The position numbers were made by a program, and so were the translations under genes. A stretch of 64,000 nucleotides of DNA, from assembly GCA_951406725.2 (NCBI GenBank), contig OX597814.1, positions 85,746,001-85,810,000 on the forward strand, given 5' to 3'. The notes below the pieces were generated by a model that worked only from the letters and a program-made list of their open reading frames with translations, searched no databases and had not been told where the DNA came from. This document shows, in pieces, positions 51,551 to 63,443 of this stretch (the stretch's first letter is position 1; every line of letters begins with the position of its first letter). Origin of the DNA: Octopus vulgaris (lineage: Eukaryota).

Positions 51551-52601
51551 ATGTTTCAGAGGTTATTTTATATATTTTTCTGAAACCAATTTAATAAGCT
51601 GTATTTGACGTTGAATGTAATATAAGCGATTCATTCAAATTTAAATACAAAACACTAGGAAAAAAGAGAGATATGAAAGGAAAAGGAAAAAGAGGTGGTA
51701 AAGCAGCAGAAGTTGAAAGGAGAGAGGGCAATGGATCACACATCCCAAACCAAATGATGTTCTCAGCTGCGCCGTAATGATCGTGATGGCGTTGCTGCGG
51801 AGAATGGCCAACGACATTCGCTACTGCAGCCACTCCACCTCGCAGGACTCACTTCTCCGATGGGCTGCCGTCATCCCTATTTTACTGAAGAAATCTGTAG
51901 TACAGGATCCTTAAATCACCAAGCCCCTATAATTATTGATTTTCCTTTCTTCTGCATCACGAGCGGCGACACCCGGGTTTGCAGCCGACGCTGCAAGATT
52001 GGAACCGGCGAACGTGTCGCTGCTTGCCACGTCCCACTGGTTATTGTTTATTGTAGTTATTTTTGTTGATGTTGTTACTGTACCTGTTGTGGTTCTCGTT
52101 GTAGTCGTTACTGTTGTTATGCTGTTTTATTTTATTGACGCCATTACTGCTTCTGTTGACGACAACGACAATAATGATGATGATGTTGATGCTCATCGTA
52201 ATATATCGCCAGATGGCAATCATTTTTTTTCCTTTACGCTCTTGCTATTTTTGTTGCTTTTCTTCTGCTTTCTATCTGGTTTCCTCTTTCACCCCACTTC
52301 TTCCACATTCTATACTTCCGCCTCCGCATCAACATCATCATGATCATTATCATGATCATCATTGTCATGATCATTATTATTGCCATCATAATCATCATCA
52401 TCATCATTGTCAACATCATCACTATCACCAGCAAGTGACACGCGCGCAAGCGCTTTGAATTTGCAACAAATATGAGCATATCTTATATAGATTTCTGGGA
52501 ATATTGTTGTTGTTGTTGTTGCTGTTGCTCTTCTTCTTCTTCTTCCTCCTCTTCTTCTTCTTCTTCTTCTTCTTCTTCTTCTTCTTCTTCTTCTTCTTCT
52601 T

Positions 52602-52634
<33 letters not shown>

Positions 52635-53185
52635 CCTTCTTCTTCTCTCTGTCATTGTTCTGTTCATCTTTTCATTTGCTACTCTACGATTAAAAAATAT
52701 AATAAGAGAGCCCCAACAGACTGTAAGCGATGCGAGGTACTTGAGTAGATGTGCATAGTGGAATAAACACAAATTTCTAGACCGCTAAGTGGCTTTTGAG
52801 ATACCTCGCTTTTTCACTTTCTCTTTCCCTCTCATTCTTTCACCGTCTTTCCCTCTTCCCCCCCCCACTTCCTCTCATGTACAAACACGGGTATATAGAT
52901 GATTCTACACCCGTTTCCACAATGAATATTCAGTCGCTCGATCAATTGAATGACCTCCTACCTCTTAATGTGTACGTATTTCAACATGTACCATTCACTT
53001 AACATTTCCATAATTAGTCATGTTCCATTTTCATTCTACATTTCTGCAGGGCGTCCTCTACAGACGAGATTTGTAATTTGCTAATGTTTTACTGTGCAGT
53101 TTTCATTGGTGTTGAGAGCATAATGATTGTTCCTTGTTGAGAACACACGGTTTGCTCACAGGAAAGCAACGTACATGTGTGAGTG

Positions 53186-53394
53186 TACTCTTTTACTCTT
53201 TTACTTGTTTCAGTAATTTGACTGCGGCCATGCTGGAGCACCGCCTTTAGTCGACCAACTCGACCCCGGGACTTATTCTTTGTAAGCCAAGTACTTATTC
53301 TATCGGTCTCTTTTGCCGAACCGCTAAGTGACGGGGACGTAAACACACTAGCATCGGTTGTCAAGCAATGCTAGGGGGACAGACACAGACACAA

Positions 53395-53473
<79 letters not shown>

Positions 53474-53639
53474 TACGACGGGCTTCTTTCAGTTTCCGTC
53501 TACGAAATCGACTCACAAGGCTTTGGTCGGCCCGAGGCTATAGTAGAGGACACTTGCTCAAGGTGCCACGCAGTGGGACTGAACCCGGAACCATGTGGTT
53601 TGTAGGCAAGCTACTTACCACACAGCCACTCCTGCGCCT
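53186..53639 (-). mobile_element. SINE family A, full-length, apparently little diverged
   Basis: Minus-strand head aggcgcaggagtggctgtgtggtaagtagc..gggttcagtccc; tail (aagagtaa)n. Confidence 0.92.
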
Positions 53640-53949
53640 ATGTGTGTGACAATTTTTATTAAATTGTATTACATATATTAGCACGTAGTTTCCTGTCTTA
53701 CTCTTATGTTTTTGTCCTCTAAATGCTAAGAAATTTATTTATTTGGGAACTTCACCAACTCATTGATGTTTGCTGCAATGGATGCAGCCAGATAGCTTGT
53801 CTTCGGACTTTAAACATGTCAAAACTTCGGTGATTCTGAGTAAAGAGAGGTGTTCCATATTTTATCGCCTTTTCCGTTATCCCATATCCAATTCGACATT
53901 TGCTCCAAGGTTTCTAACATCTTACTAGTTATATTATTACTGTTGTATA

Positions 53950-54028
<79 letters not shown>

Positions 54029-54050
54029 CTTACTACTTATATCATTACTG

Positions 54051-54111
<61 letters not shown>

Positions 54112-54359
54112 TATACATATACATCCACATATGCATTATATATGTAAATATATACATATATGTATATATGGGCATATACATACAAATATATATATGTGTA
54201 TATATATCTATCTATATATATATACATATATATGAGAGTGTGCGTATAAATACGTATACATAGATATAAATATATATGTATATTATATAATACATATGTG
54301 CGTATATATGAGCATGTATTTTAATTATATTCATATGCATATGAATGTATATGCATGTA

Positions 54360-54396
<37 letters not shown>

Positions 54397-54411
54397 GCTT
54401 GCATGCATCAT

Positions 54412-54443
<32 letters not shown>

Positions 54444-54449
54444 TATATG

Positions 54450-54493
<44 letters not shown>

Positions 54494-54497
54494 ACAC

Positions 54498-54557
<60 letters not shown>

Positions 54558-55149
54558 GATGCATGCAAGCATGTATACATTCAAAAATACATATTTTCAT
54601 CAAAGCAGCTGCATATTTGGTTTGCATAGAAATACAAACATTTTCAAATACCACCCATATACACACTGCACGCACACTGCACGCACACTGCACGCACACA
54701 CACACACACACATATGCACGCACGCACACACACACACATACTCACACTCACATACAGACACATACATATGTATACACATATATATACACACACGCATACA
54801 TATATATATATATACAAAGATATACACACATAAATACATATATATATATCTACATATATATATATATACGTACACACTGATTCACACTTTGCTTCTAACA
54901 AAGGATAATATGGGAGATGTATGAAGGTGTAAGCTAGCAATAAAATTCCTTGGTGTCAAAACACGAGCTGATTTCGCCAATATTACTTGTTATTTAACAT
55001 CCAGCACTTAGATGTTTACTTGCCAAAAGTTGAACAACTTGCCGAAGACAGAGGTGTCTATAAGATTTCACTGTTGCAAATTATTTTCGAGAAATTTGCG
55101 ATAGTAGATCACTCCAATATGGATTTATATCCAGTAATTAACGCTATAC

Positions 55150-55166
55150 TGGTAATAATAATAATG

Positions 55167-55239
<73 letters not shown>

Positions 55240-55268
55240 TGATGATAATAATAATAATAATAATAATA

Positions 55269-55310
<42 letters not shown>

Positions 55311-55364
55311 ATGAGGGTGATGATGACGGTGATGATGATGATGATGATGATGATGGTGGTGGTG

Positions 55365-55396
<32 letters not shown>

Positions 55397-55446
55397 GATG
55401 GTGATGATGATGACGGTGATGATGATGATGATGATGATGATGGTGG

Positions 55447-55499
<53 letters not shown>

Positions 55500-55556
55500 G
55501 TGATGGTGATGATGATGATGATGATGATGATAATGATGATGATGGTGATGATGATA

Positions 55557-55587
<31 letters not shown>

Positions 55588-56002
55588 CGGTGATGATGAT
55601 GATGGTGATGATAATGATGATGATGATGATGAGGAGGAGGAGGATTTCATTTATTTGTCATAAGGGCGAATAATAACCATCGCTGCCGCCATCGCCGCCA
55701 CTAGCGGCGCAAGTACCGATACCACCACCACCACTATCCCAACAACAGCCAACAAAGACAATAATGGTGGTGAAGATGATGACGATGATGATGATGATGA
55801 TGAGCAGAAGGAGGAGGATGTTGATGAGGATGATGAGGAGGGTCAGGATGAGGATGATGAGGAGGGTCAGGATGAAGATGATGATGATGAAGATGACGAT
55901 AATTATAATGATCATGGTATTAATAATATGACATTAATAAGAGCGGTCACTCCCGTCGATTTTGACGTATGAGCGTTTGAAGGGAACTATGGGAAATAAC
56001 GA

Positions 56003-56078
<76 letters not shown>

Positions 56079-56343
56079 GGTGGTCGTCGTCGTCGTCGTG
56101 GTTGTGGTGGTCGTGGTGATGGTGGTGGTGGTCGTGGTGGCGGCAGTAGTAGTTGTGGTGGTGGTCGTCGTAATGGTGGTATATCAATGGCGGCGGCGGC
56201 AGCGGTGGTTGCGGCGGCGGCGGCGGCAGCGGTGGTTGCGGCGGCGGCGGCGGTAATGGTGGTGGCGGTTATGGTTGCGGTGGTTAATTGTGGTGGTGGT
56301 TGTAGAGGTAGTAGCAGGTGCATTAGCAGTAGCAGAAGCAGCT

Positions 56344-56414
<71 letters not shown>

Positions 56415-56440
56415 CGTTGTTGTCGTTGTTGTTGTTGTTT
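55150..56440. repeat. Trinucleotide microsatellite field: (AAT)n, (GAT)n, (TAG)n, (GGT)n, (GGC)n
   Basis: Directly visible tandem repeats. Confidence 0.95.
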
Positions 56441-57120
56441 ACGTATTGGTGTGAACGTGTGTGTTTAACGGATCAATACAAAGTGATAACTTCGTCAGGT
56501 CCGCCTGCATTTGTCAGAGTTCAGCAAATGTGACCGCTTCAGTTTTCGCTATCTCTCTCACCTCGTTGCACGATCTAATAGCACTTTTGCTGCATATACA
56601 GGTGGCTTTGGAAACAGGTTGAAGCCGTAACGGTGTCGATGCCAGTGAACTGTTGGAAACTGGCAAGGCAATTAGCCGCTCACCTACTATAGAAATATTG
56701 AGATAACGTCGGCTGTACATGTGTGTGTGTGTGTGTGTGTGCGTGTGTATGTGTGCGCGCGTGTGTGTGTGTGTGCATGTATGTGAACATGTGTGTCCGT
56801 GTATGTGTACATGTGTGTAAAACTGCATTTGTGTTTCCTTACACACATACATACCCATATAAGTGTGCATGTGCGTGTGTAAATGAGTATGTATACGTTA
56901 TATCAATGATGTGCGCGCGTGTGTCTGCGTATGTGTGTGTATGCACACACACACGAAAAATTAGTATATATATACATTGTATGTATATGTATATAGATGT
57001 ATATATATATATATATATATGTATACACACACATATATATACATACATATATATATATATATATACATATATACAGATATATGTGTTTGTAAAGATTTAT
57101 ATATATATATATATATATAT

Positions 57121-57603
57121 TTCAACAATTGAGGGTAAAATTAATTAATTAATCAATTTCACCAAGTATTCAGTATGCAAAGGGACCATTTAAGGCGAAT
57201 TCAAATTATTACATTATATAAAAGGGCTTAGTAAAATAAATTACTTTGCCGCATACTGAACTCATTAGAAATAGCAGCCAAAAAAAACTTTTTCAAAACC
57301 ATTTCCAATACTTATAGAAAATCTCTCTCATATAGTGTTTGCTCAATTCAACTCACGAAGTGAGTTCTGAGCTGATGATAGAAGTGTCGAGTTTGACTAA
57401 TCTTGAAACGTACGTTCTCAAATAACCTTTGCATTTGATTTTTTAATGTTTCTACCCTCATACTTTCGTGAGTTGAATTGAGCAAACACTATATGAGAGA
57501 GATTTTCTTTAAGTATTGGAAATGGTTTTGAAAAAGTTTTTTTTGGCTGCTATTTCTAATGAGTTCAGTATGCGGCAAAGTAATTTATTTTACTAAGCCC
57601 TTT

Positions 57604-57611
<8 letters not shown>
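57121..57611. mobile_element. Truncated head-to-head insertion related to the 566-bp family, in (TA)n
   Basis: 57121-57360 and ~57460-57611 align with 46626-46770 and 47098-47270 sequences; inverted arms. Confidence 0.85.
57368..57420 (+). ncRNA. Type I hammerhead ribozyme
   Basis: tgag CTGATGA TAGA agt GTCGAG TTTGAC taa TCTT GAAA CGTACG TT ctca. Confidence 0.82.
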
Positions 57612-57646
<35 letters not shown>

Positions 57647-58018
57647 TAATACATATATGTGCATGTGTGTGTATGTTTGTGTGTGTATGTGTGCATACAC
57701 TGGAGCAGTACCTGGTAAAAATGACAGGGTTTGTTTCTGTCTCCTTTCAGTAATTATGTTTCTACTTCAAACTTCGCTCCATTTGCTGACTTGGTTTCGC
57801 TTTTCTTTTTTTTTTTTTCATTCTCTTTTACTTCGAGCTTTTTTTCCCGCTTGTCTTCATATGTTTCATCTAGAAGCACTTCCTCGCAATTCACACAGAA
57901 CATTGACTTTCTGTGATAATCGTAGCATTCTTTTAGCAGTTGATAGACGAGTAATTTCTCTCTGTCTGTCTGTCTCTGTCTGTCTCTGTCTGTCTGTCTC
58001 TGTCTGTCTGTCTCTCTG

Positions 58019-58060
<42 letters not shown>

Positions 58061-58829
58061 TCCATTCAACTGCAGCCTTAAAAATAATATTCTTAAGGCC
58101 ACAATTTACTCACATGCAGCATCTTTCAGACTTTGTCGCTAATTCAGTTCTTAACCAACTGAAAACTGTCAGCATTTTTGAAGAGACTGGTCCCTAGCTA
58201 CATTTTGGCATAAGCAAATTACGATTTTGTCCAGTAGAAAAAAGTTTACATCAAAATGTGTAGCAACGTTATAAGAAAGTAACGCCTCCAATCAAGTTTA
58301 GATCAAAATAACTTTTTGTTTTATTTTAAAAGCAAAATATCTTAGGTTCAATGATAGAAGAAAGCATGAGGAATTTAATAGTTTTGGTCCCATGCAACAA
58401 ACATTTGTATAAAAACGTTGTGAGGTAAAATATCATGAAAAAATACAAGGCAAGAAAATGGATTTAAGCATAATTAAATTTTTCATTTTAAAAACAAACT
58501 ATATTTTAATTAAGCATCCATGAGAGAGCTCAATTCGAAGAATTTCATGGTAACAATCTCATGCAATGAAGTTTAAAAAAAAAAAAGTTATGAGTGTTTG
58601 TTTCTCAAATTTGAGGCTGATAATATAGTTCTATGCTTTTTTATGAATATAGTTCTATAAGGGGACTTTTAATATATGTCATCGGCATCATTGAGGTAAG
58701 GAAAAGATTATCAACGACACCGCTAATTTTTAAAATATTATTTAGAGATTTATTAAACTTAATATTCAATTAAATTATTAATTGACACATTATTAATTAG
58801 CATAATAGCATAGCCTGGTAAAAACATGG

Positions 58830-59655
58830 ATTACATGGGAAAATGAAAGCAAGAGAAATAATATTCTTAAGATAATAAACCTGGAAAATTACATGACAAG
58901 TAATTACACTTGGAAAAGTTCAGGACAAATTATTGCATCAGGTAAAGTACAAAACAAGAAAATTTTTACTTAACATATCGCAGCTAAGGATAAAAATTGA
59001 ATATTCATTTTAATTTACGAAGTAATATTATAATTACAAAAGGTACTATCAATTTGTTAAAATATTGACACACTAGAATACTTTAAAAAATGAGAGCCAG
59101 AAGTACCAATATAGCTAAAGTTTTATGCAAAATAGAATAGTATATATGGTAGACAAATTCATTACGTAAAAAATAGGCATTGGGTCAAGACTAAAAATGT
59201 GAAGACTTGGCAATAACTTAGGCAAATTTTACTGTGAATTTGTTGTTATATTTTACTGTAATATATAACTAATTTTTGTATTATTCTATTTATTGTACTA
59301 ATTATGTACTACTATTATTTTTATAACCTATTTCCAAATTTCTAATTATTAATTAATAATTTTAAAAATTAATCTTTTTAACGTGCAAAAATATTTTAAT
59401 TGAATTAACAAGCAATAAAAAAACTTATAACTTGTAATAAAATTTTTAGTTTTAATAAAAGCTAATATTTTCTAAATCTAAATACATTATTTGAAATTTT
59501 ATCCTTAGCTGCAATATTTTAAGTAAAATTTTTCTTGTTCTGTACTTTACCAGTAATAACTTGACCTGAACTTTTCCAAGCGTAATAACTTGTCCTGTAC
59601 TTTTCCAGTTTCATAATCTTAAGAATATTATTTCTCTTGCTCGCAGTTTTCCATG

Positions 59656-59659
<4 letters not shown>
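58830..59659. mobile_element. MITE-like element with ~170-bp TIRs containing ~24-bp subrepeats
   Basis: 58830-58998 is the inverse of ~59495-59659; ggaaaag-caggacaagttatta-like subrepeats. Confidence 0.75.
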
Positions 59660-59714
<55 letters not shown>

Positions 59715-60055
59715 CATATATACATATATACATATATATATCTACAAGAATAAAGCACCATAAAAGGTAGAATTATAAATAGCAATGATCGTACTTCATG
59801 TTCTTCCGCTTTGTGTCCTGTACACAATGTGTATTTTTCATTTTATTTATCTATAATTGAATGCCACTCAGCCTTGACTACGGTAAGTCCTTACCTCTAT
59901 ATATGATTTCTGCAACTACATACTGTTTTGTTTCTTTCTCTCATCGTCTCTCTTGTCCCCCTTCCCCTCGGCTTCTGTTAATTACACAGGCCATTTTCTC
60001 GCGCGCCTGTCTTTTCTTGACTAGATGTGCACCGGGTTGGACGTCATTTTATGTT

Positions 60056-60100
60056 TTACTGAAGAGTGGCAGAAATAGCCTGAAACCAGGACTGGTCTGC
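60056..60100 (+). ncRNA. Hammerhead-like motif in a probable Penelope-like tail (~59860-60340)
   Basis: CTGAAGA GT GGC agaaata GCC T GAAA CCAG ga CTGG TC; stem I is weak. Confidence 0.55.
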
Positions 60101-60344
60101 CGGTACCGTCGCTAGAAAGTAGTAGGGGTTCGCTCCTCCGCTTGCAATTTATCGCATACTGCCCTGCATCGTTAACCAGCTAGAAGAGATATCCTCTTGG
60201 AGTTAAAATATCGCAGTAGAGTCCGTTTGCACAGACAGCCATGTTGAAGTGGCTAGGAATATTACCCCCGACATTTTTCTTCTACTATTTTCCTCTCTTC
60301 TAATTATTCTATTCTACTATTTTCTAACGCCGATTATTTCCTGT

Positions 60345-61028
60345 GTTCTTATCTCAGGCCAAGACTGAATACATAAACAAGTGCCTGTCCAACAGTGATT
60401 GCATCATCCATACTCTCAATAATGCGCCCTTAAATATGGTTTCTGATTACAAATATCTTGGGTCATACATATCATCATCTGGAAAAGACTTTCTTACTAG
60501 AAAGGGTATGGCCTGGTCAGCCTGTAATGACATGCATAAGATCTGGTCATCAAATCTAAGTAGAGACTTCAAACTTGAAATCTTCAAAGCCACAGTCGAA
60601 CCAATTCTACTATATGGCTCAGAAACCTGGACGTTATCAAAGAAGCTTGAGAGGCGGTTGGATGGAACCTACACTCGCCTCCTTATGAGAGCTCAAAATC
60701 TCTCGTGGAAGCGCCATCCAACCAAAATGCAAATATATGGGAAACTACCACCTGTGTCATCTCTTGTGAAAGGTAAGAAATTCCAGTTTGCTGGACATTG
60801 CTGTAGAGTTGAAAAAGAGGTAATTTCTACTCTTGAAAAAGAGGTAATTTCCTCTGGAAGCCATCTACTCGCAATACCAGAGGGCGCACACTCTCCTGCC
60901 CTGATGTAATCTCCAGGGATACAGGCATCCAGCAACAGGACCTCCGTAATGCCATGATGGACCGTGAAGTCTGGCGTAGCATGGTAAATTCCATTGTCTC
61001 GACCATGGTCGAACAATGATGATGATGA
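60345..61028 (+). mobile_element. RTE-clade LINE 3' fragment with (GAT)n tail
   Basis: KTEY..YKYLGS..AWSACNDMHKIW..FKATVEPILLYGSETWTL..LDGTYTRLLMRA..FAGHC; ends tcgaccatggtcgaacaa(tga)n. Confidence 0.9.
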
Positions 61029-61306
61029 ATGATTATCTCCCCCTTGTAAACATAAGGACACAGGAAATGTGTCAAGGCTGACAGGAAGCGTTGCTGCTTC
61101 CCAGGGCTAAATAGCAGAAGTCTGATTCCCATCATGGGACTGTCACATTAAGTTGACAGTATACAACTACTCTATCGTACCACTACTGCATATATCTCTC
61201 TGAGATATTTAGAAATGTAATATTTTTATTTTTGTAATCAGTGGATTTATTTCACTAGAATTCTTATATGTTTACAAGGGCTAGGTGGACATCTCCAACT
61301 AGCAGG

Positions 61307-63001
61307 TTCATCCAACTAGCAGGCTCACAGAAGTGTTTGTGTCGGTTATTTTGTATTTGCGGTTTTGAATTGGATTTGTTGATTATTGTTGTTGAAAACT
61401 GTTGCGTCGTGTTGAATTGTTGGATTTTTTGTTGGGTATGCCAGCCCAAACTTATGCGGGAGCAGCAGGCAAAGGCCTGGCTGCGAACGAATTACAGTTG
61501 GAAGAAATAATTGTCGAGAAGGAAAATTTGAGGAAATACTACGACAGCTTCAAGAAGGAATGTGACTGTCTGAGGGTTACACCACCTGAAGACGAAGTGA
61601 AAGAAGCGGAGAAAAAAATCGTAGCATACAGAACGTAGAATGTGGTCTCAAAGAGAATAGAAGTAGCAGAGGTGGAAGAGATTGAGTAATGTCTACAGGA
61701 AATTAAAGGAAGAACTACCTTCTACAATAGAGGTAGAAAATACGCTACGGTAGACGTCCGTTTTGAAAATGAAGACGAAGCGAAGAGAAACGCCACGACA
61801 GTGTTGAGATAGGAAAAATGGGTTTTACTTCCTAGTTATTGTGGGAAAATAGCAGTGAGGATACGAATAAGCAAAATCCCACCGGAACTTGATACCGAAA
61901 GAATAGTAGCTGCAATTATCTACAACTGCAAAGAGAGCGTGGACATACTTAAGGTGGAAAAGTCGAAAGAAATAAACTGGTGGGGTTATGCGGTGCAGGC
62001 TTCGGTCCACATAACCATGCCAGATTTGTACAACATCTTGAGGAGATGGTGTTCCCCGACGAGACACGACTGAGAGTCGTGGTGGAGGGGATACCTCCAG
62101 GTGTTATAAATGTAAGAGCAGAGGGCACATGAAGGATGTGTGTCCTCAAAGAGAAATACAAGAGAAGACGATAACACTGGAGGAAGGAATGGAGGCTTTG
62201 ACAGAGGAGTTAGAAAAGGAGAATGTGGAATTGCAAGCGGAAGAGGAAATCGTGACAACAGATAATGAGGAAAGTGGCGACGAGTTAGTGAAGGAGAAAG
62301 AAAAGGAAAGAACAGAAGAAAAAGATAACAGAAAGCGAACACGGATGGAATCACCACCCAAAGACCAAAAGAAGAAAAAAGCTAAAAAGAAGTCTGCCGA
62401 CGAGACTGAGGAGAGAACACACGAAGGGAGAGATATAGCAACTAAAGTGAGTGAAGGTTCAACATGGGATGAAACGAAAGAATGGTCAACAAAAGTGGAA
62501 GAATGTCTGAAAACATGCAAGGAAGGAGGAAGACCAAAAGGAAGAAATCTCAAAGCTGTAATGTTGTACAAAAAGGATAAAGAAATTGAGAAAAAATTAG
62601 CGATAATGAAAAATCTAACGAGAGTGAAATTGAACTCGAGGATATACGATAACCAAATAAAGGCTGCAATTGTGGATAAAGAGACGGTAAATGAATTAAT
62701 AAATTTGTTTACAAATACAGCTGTGTGCATTGCGCACTACGTTCGATATGACAGTTTGCCCGGCGTTATAGAACAGGATGGATTACTCGTTTACATTACT
62801 GACGAACACCCCAGATAGTACAACTGTAATTGTAAGTGAAACTGCGAGCTTTGGGGGGCTCGTAAGCCATTTCATTTAATTCATTATTTATATTTCATTT
62901 CATATCATCCTTTCTGTATTTTTGTTATATGGACCCCATGTCCTGTATTGTATTGTTATGTCCCCTCTTCATTCGGGCCATTGTGCCTATAATAAAGATA
63001 C
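61307..63001 (+). mobile_element. ORF1-only Tx1/L1-like retroelement with TSD ccaactagcagg
   Basis: ccaactagcagg occurs at 61295-306, 61312-323 and 63002-013. ORF1 is followed by a ~180-bp 3' UTR ending aataaagata. No ORF2. Confidence 0.8.
61438..62818 (+). pseudogene. LINE ORF1 (gag-like, CCHC zinc knuckle), disrupted
   Basis: MPAQTYAGAA..LPSYCGKIAVRIRISKIPPELD..LRVVVEGIPP(fs)CYKCKSRGHMKDVCP, then an acidic/basic region; several in-frame stops. Confidence 0.8.
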
Positions 63002-63023
63002 CCAACTAGCAGGCCATGCTACT

Positions 63024-63064
63024 CCAGACTGATGACGAGCAAAGACTCAGAAACTAGTCTCCGA
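63024..63064 (+). ncRNA. Type I hammerhead ribozyme motif (partly degenerate stems)
   Basis: ccaga CTGATGA C GAG caaaga CTC A GAAA CTAG TC tccg; palindromic stem III ACTAGT. Confidence 0.72.
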
Positions 63065-63204
63065 ATGCAGGTTTAGCTGGGTGGAGGTGCTTATCTCCCG
63101 CTTGTAAACATAAGGACACAGGAAATGTGTCAAGGCCCACAGGAAGCGTTGCTGCTTCATAGGGCTAAATAGTGGAAGTGAGTTAGAACATTAAAACTTA
63201 GTGT

Positions 63205-63310
63205 GCATGGACAGTAGAGATCAAGGTCAGTCTTTGCCAAGCGGCTTCACTCTGTGTGCTTTAGCTTCATTACCATGACAACAGTCTGAATGCTTATTGA
63301 TCAGACCCCG
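63205..63310 (-). mobile_element. Mariner terminal fragment related to 20068-20608
   Basis: aagcggcttcactctgtgtgct..ttgatcagaccccg|ta matches 20537-20610. Confidence 0.65.
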
Positions 63311-63371
63311 TAAATGTATGCATGTATGTATACACACACGCTCACACACACACACACACACACACATATAA

Positions 63372-63443
<72 letters not shown>

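Larger units (their letters stand above)
61033..63180 (+). mobile_element. Retrozyme-like ~351-bp monomer with ~90-bp terminal redundancy, split by a 1.7-kb insertion
   Basis: ttatctccc.cttgtaaacataaggacacaggaaatgtgtcaagg..agggctaaatag occurs at 61033 and 63091. Removing the insert gives a 351-bp period. Confidence 0.75.

Noticed and set aside
54987-56468. 228-aa poly-I/M ORF and 168-aa poly-S/G/A ORF
   Set aside because: Artefacts of (AAT)n, (GAT)n, (TAG)n and (GGC)n repeats.
58090-58680. Possible DNA-transposon remnant
   Set aside because: No matching TIR pair or TSD could be identified.
62146-62730. 194-aa minus-strand ORF
   Set aside because: Antisense shadow of the purine-rich LINE ORF1.
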